Below are positions 51,332-51,613 of a stretch of DNA of 51,613 bases, in pieces. How positions within the stretch are numbered: the first letter of the stretch is position 1; each line of letters begins with the position of its first letter. The stretch is taken from contig JALRCN010000022.1 in NCBI GenBank assembly GCA_023257295.1, positions 1 to 51,613 of the forward strand, in the 5' to 3' direction. This stretch comes from Nitrosomonas sp. (lineage in GTDB: Bacteria; Pseudomonadota; Gammaproteobacteria; Burkholderiales; Nitrosomonadaceae). Both the position numbers and the translations under genes were made by a program. Under the pieces are notes generated by a model that worked only from the letters and a program-made list of their open reading frames with translations, was not told the origin of the DNA and ran no database searches.

Positions 51332-51446
51332 TGCCTGGCGGTAACCTACTTTCACATGCGTTTGCACACTATCATCGGCGCAGCTTCGTTTCACGGTTCT
51401 GTTCGGGATGGGAAGATGTGGGTCCAAAGTGCTATGGCCACCAAGC
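51332..51446 (-). rRNA. rrf: 5S ribosomal RNA (ends approximate)
   Basis: Reverse complement of the 5S pattern: gcctggcgg..cctactttc..cactatcatcggcg..tttcacg..gttcgggatggga. Confidence 0.93.
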
Positions 51447-51540
51447 GTAACCATTTGGGACTTGATTTTTCAATCAGGCCCTCGTTAGAAAAGTAAAGTA
51501 TTATGGGTTAGTGCTATTCATTTCAAATAATTAAAGTTAT

Positions 51541-51613
51541 AGGATCAAGCCTCACGGTCAATTAGTATCGGTTAGCTTAACATATTACTATGCTTACACA
51601 CCCGACCTATCAA
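51541..51613 (-). rRNA. rrl: 23S ribosomal RNA, 3' end (continues beyond window)
   Basis: caagcctcacggtcaattagta..gcttacacacccgacctatcaa matches the reverse complement of the conserved 23S 3' terminus. Confidence 0.93.

Overview
This is bacterial chromosomal DNA, most likely from a betaproteobacterial ammonia oxidiser of the Nitrosomonas type. That assignment is inferred from protein style, a stand-alone nirK and betaproteobacterial gshA/priB. Most of the window is housekeeping: an ATM1-like ABC exporter, rluB, gshAB, a CPA2 antiporter, nirK, apt, mpl, gluQ, greB, rlmKL, acs, pgi, rpsF-priB-rpsR-rplI-dnaB, pip, a POT transporter, a ROK kinase and the 3' end of an rRNA operon. The highlight is a visibly AT-rich ~9 kb block (about 12.5-21.4 kb) that looks like a blue-light-response island. 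It encodes an NDH-2-like flavoprotein, an SRPBCC protein, a short LOV photoreceptor, a cupredoxin, a CPD photolyase, a TIGR01777 oxidoreductase and a 1205-aa fusion protein. The fusion joins a multi-TM DoxX-like region, a degenerate NDH-2-like domain, a cNMP-binding domain, an intact BLUF domain and a bPAC-like class III cyclase domain whose catalytic residues are substituted. Other accessory items are an MmeI-like Type IIL R-M gene carrying an in-frame palindromic element, a GAF-PilB/GspE ATPase next to a class II cNMP phosphodiesterase, an FNR-type promoter, three decaying genes, a 140-bp tandem duplication at the pip promoter and an unlisted 50-aa membrane ORF. All calls come from motif recognition by eye; no searches were run.
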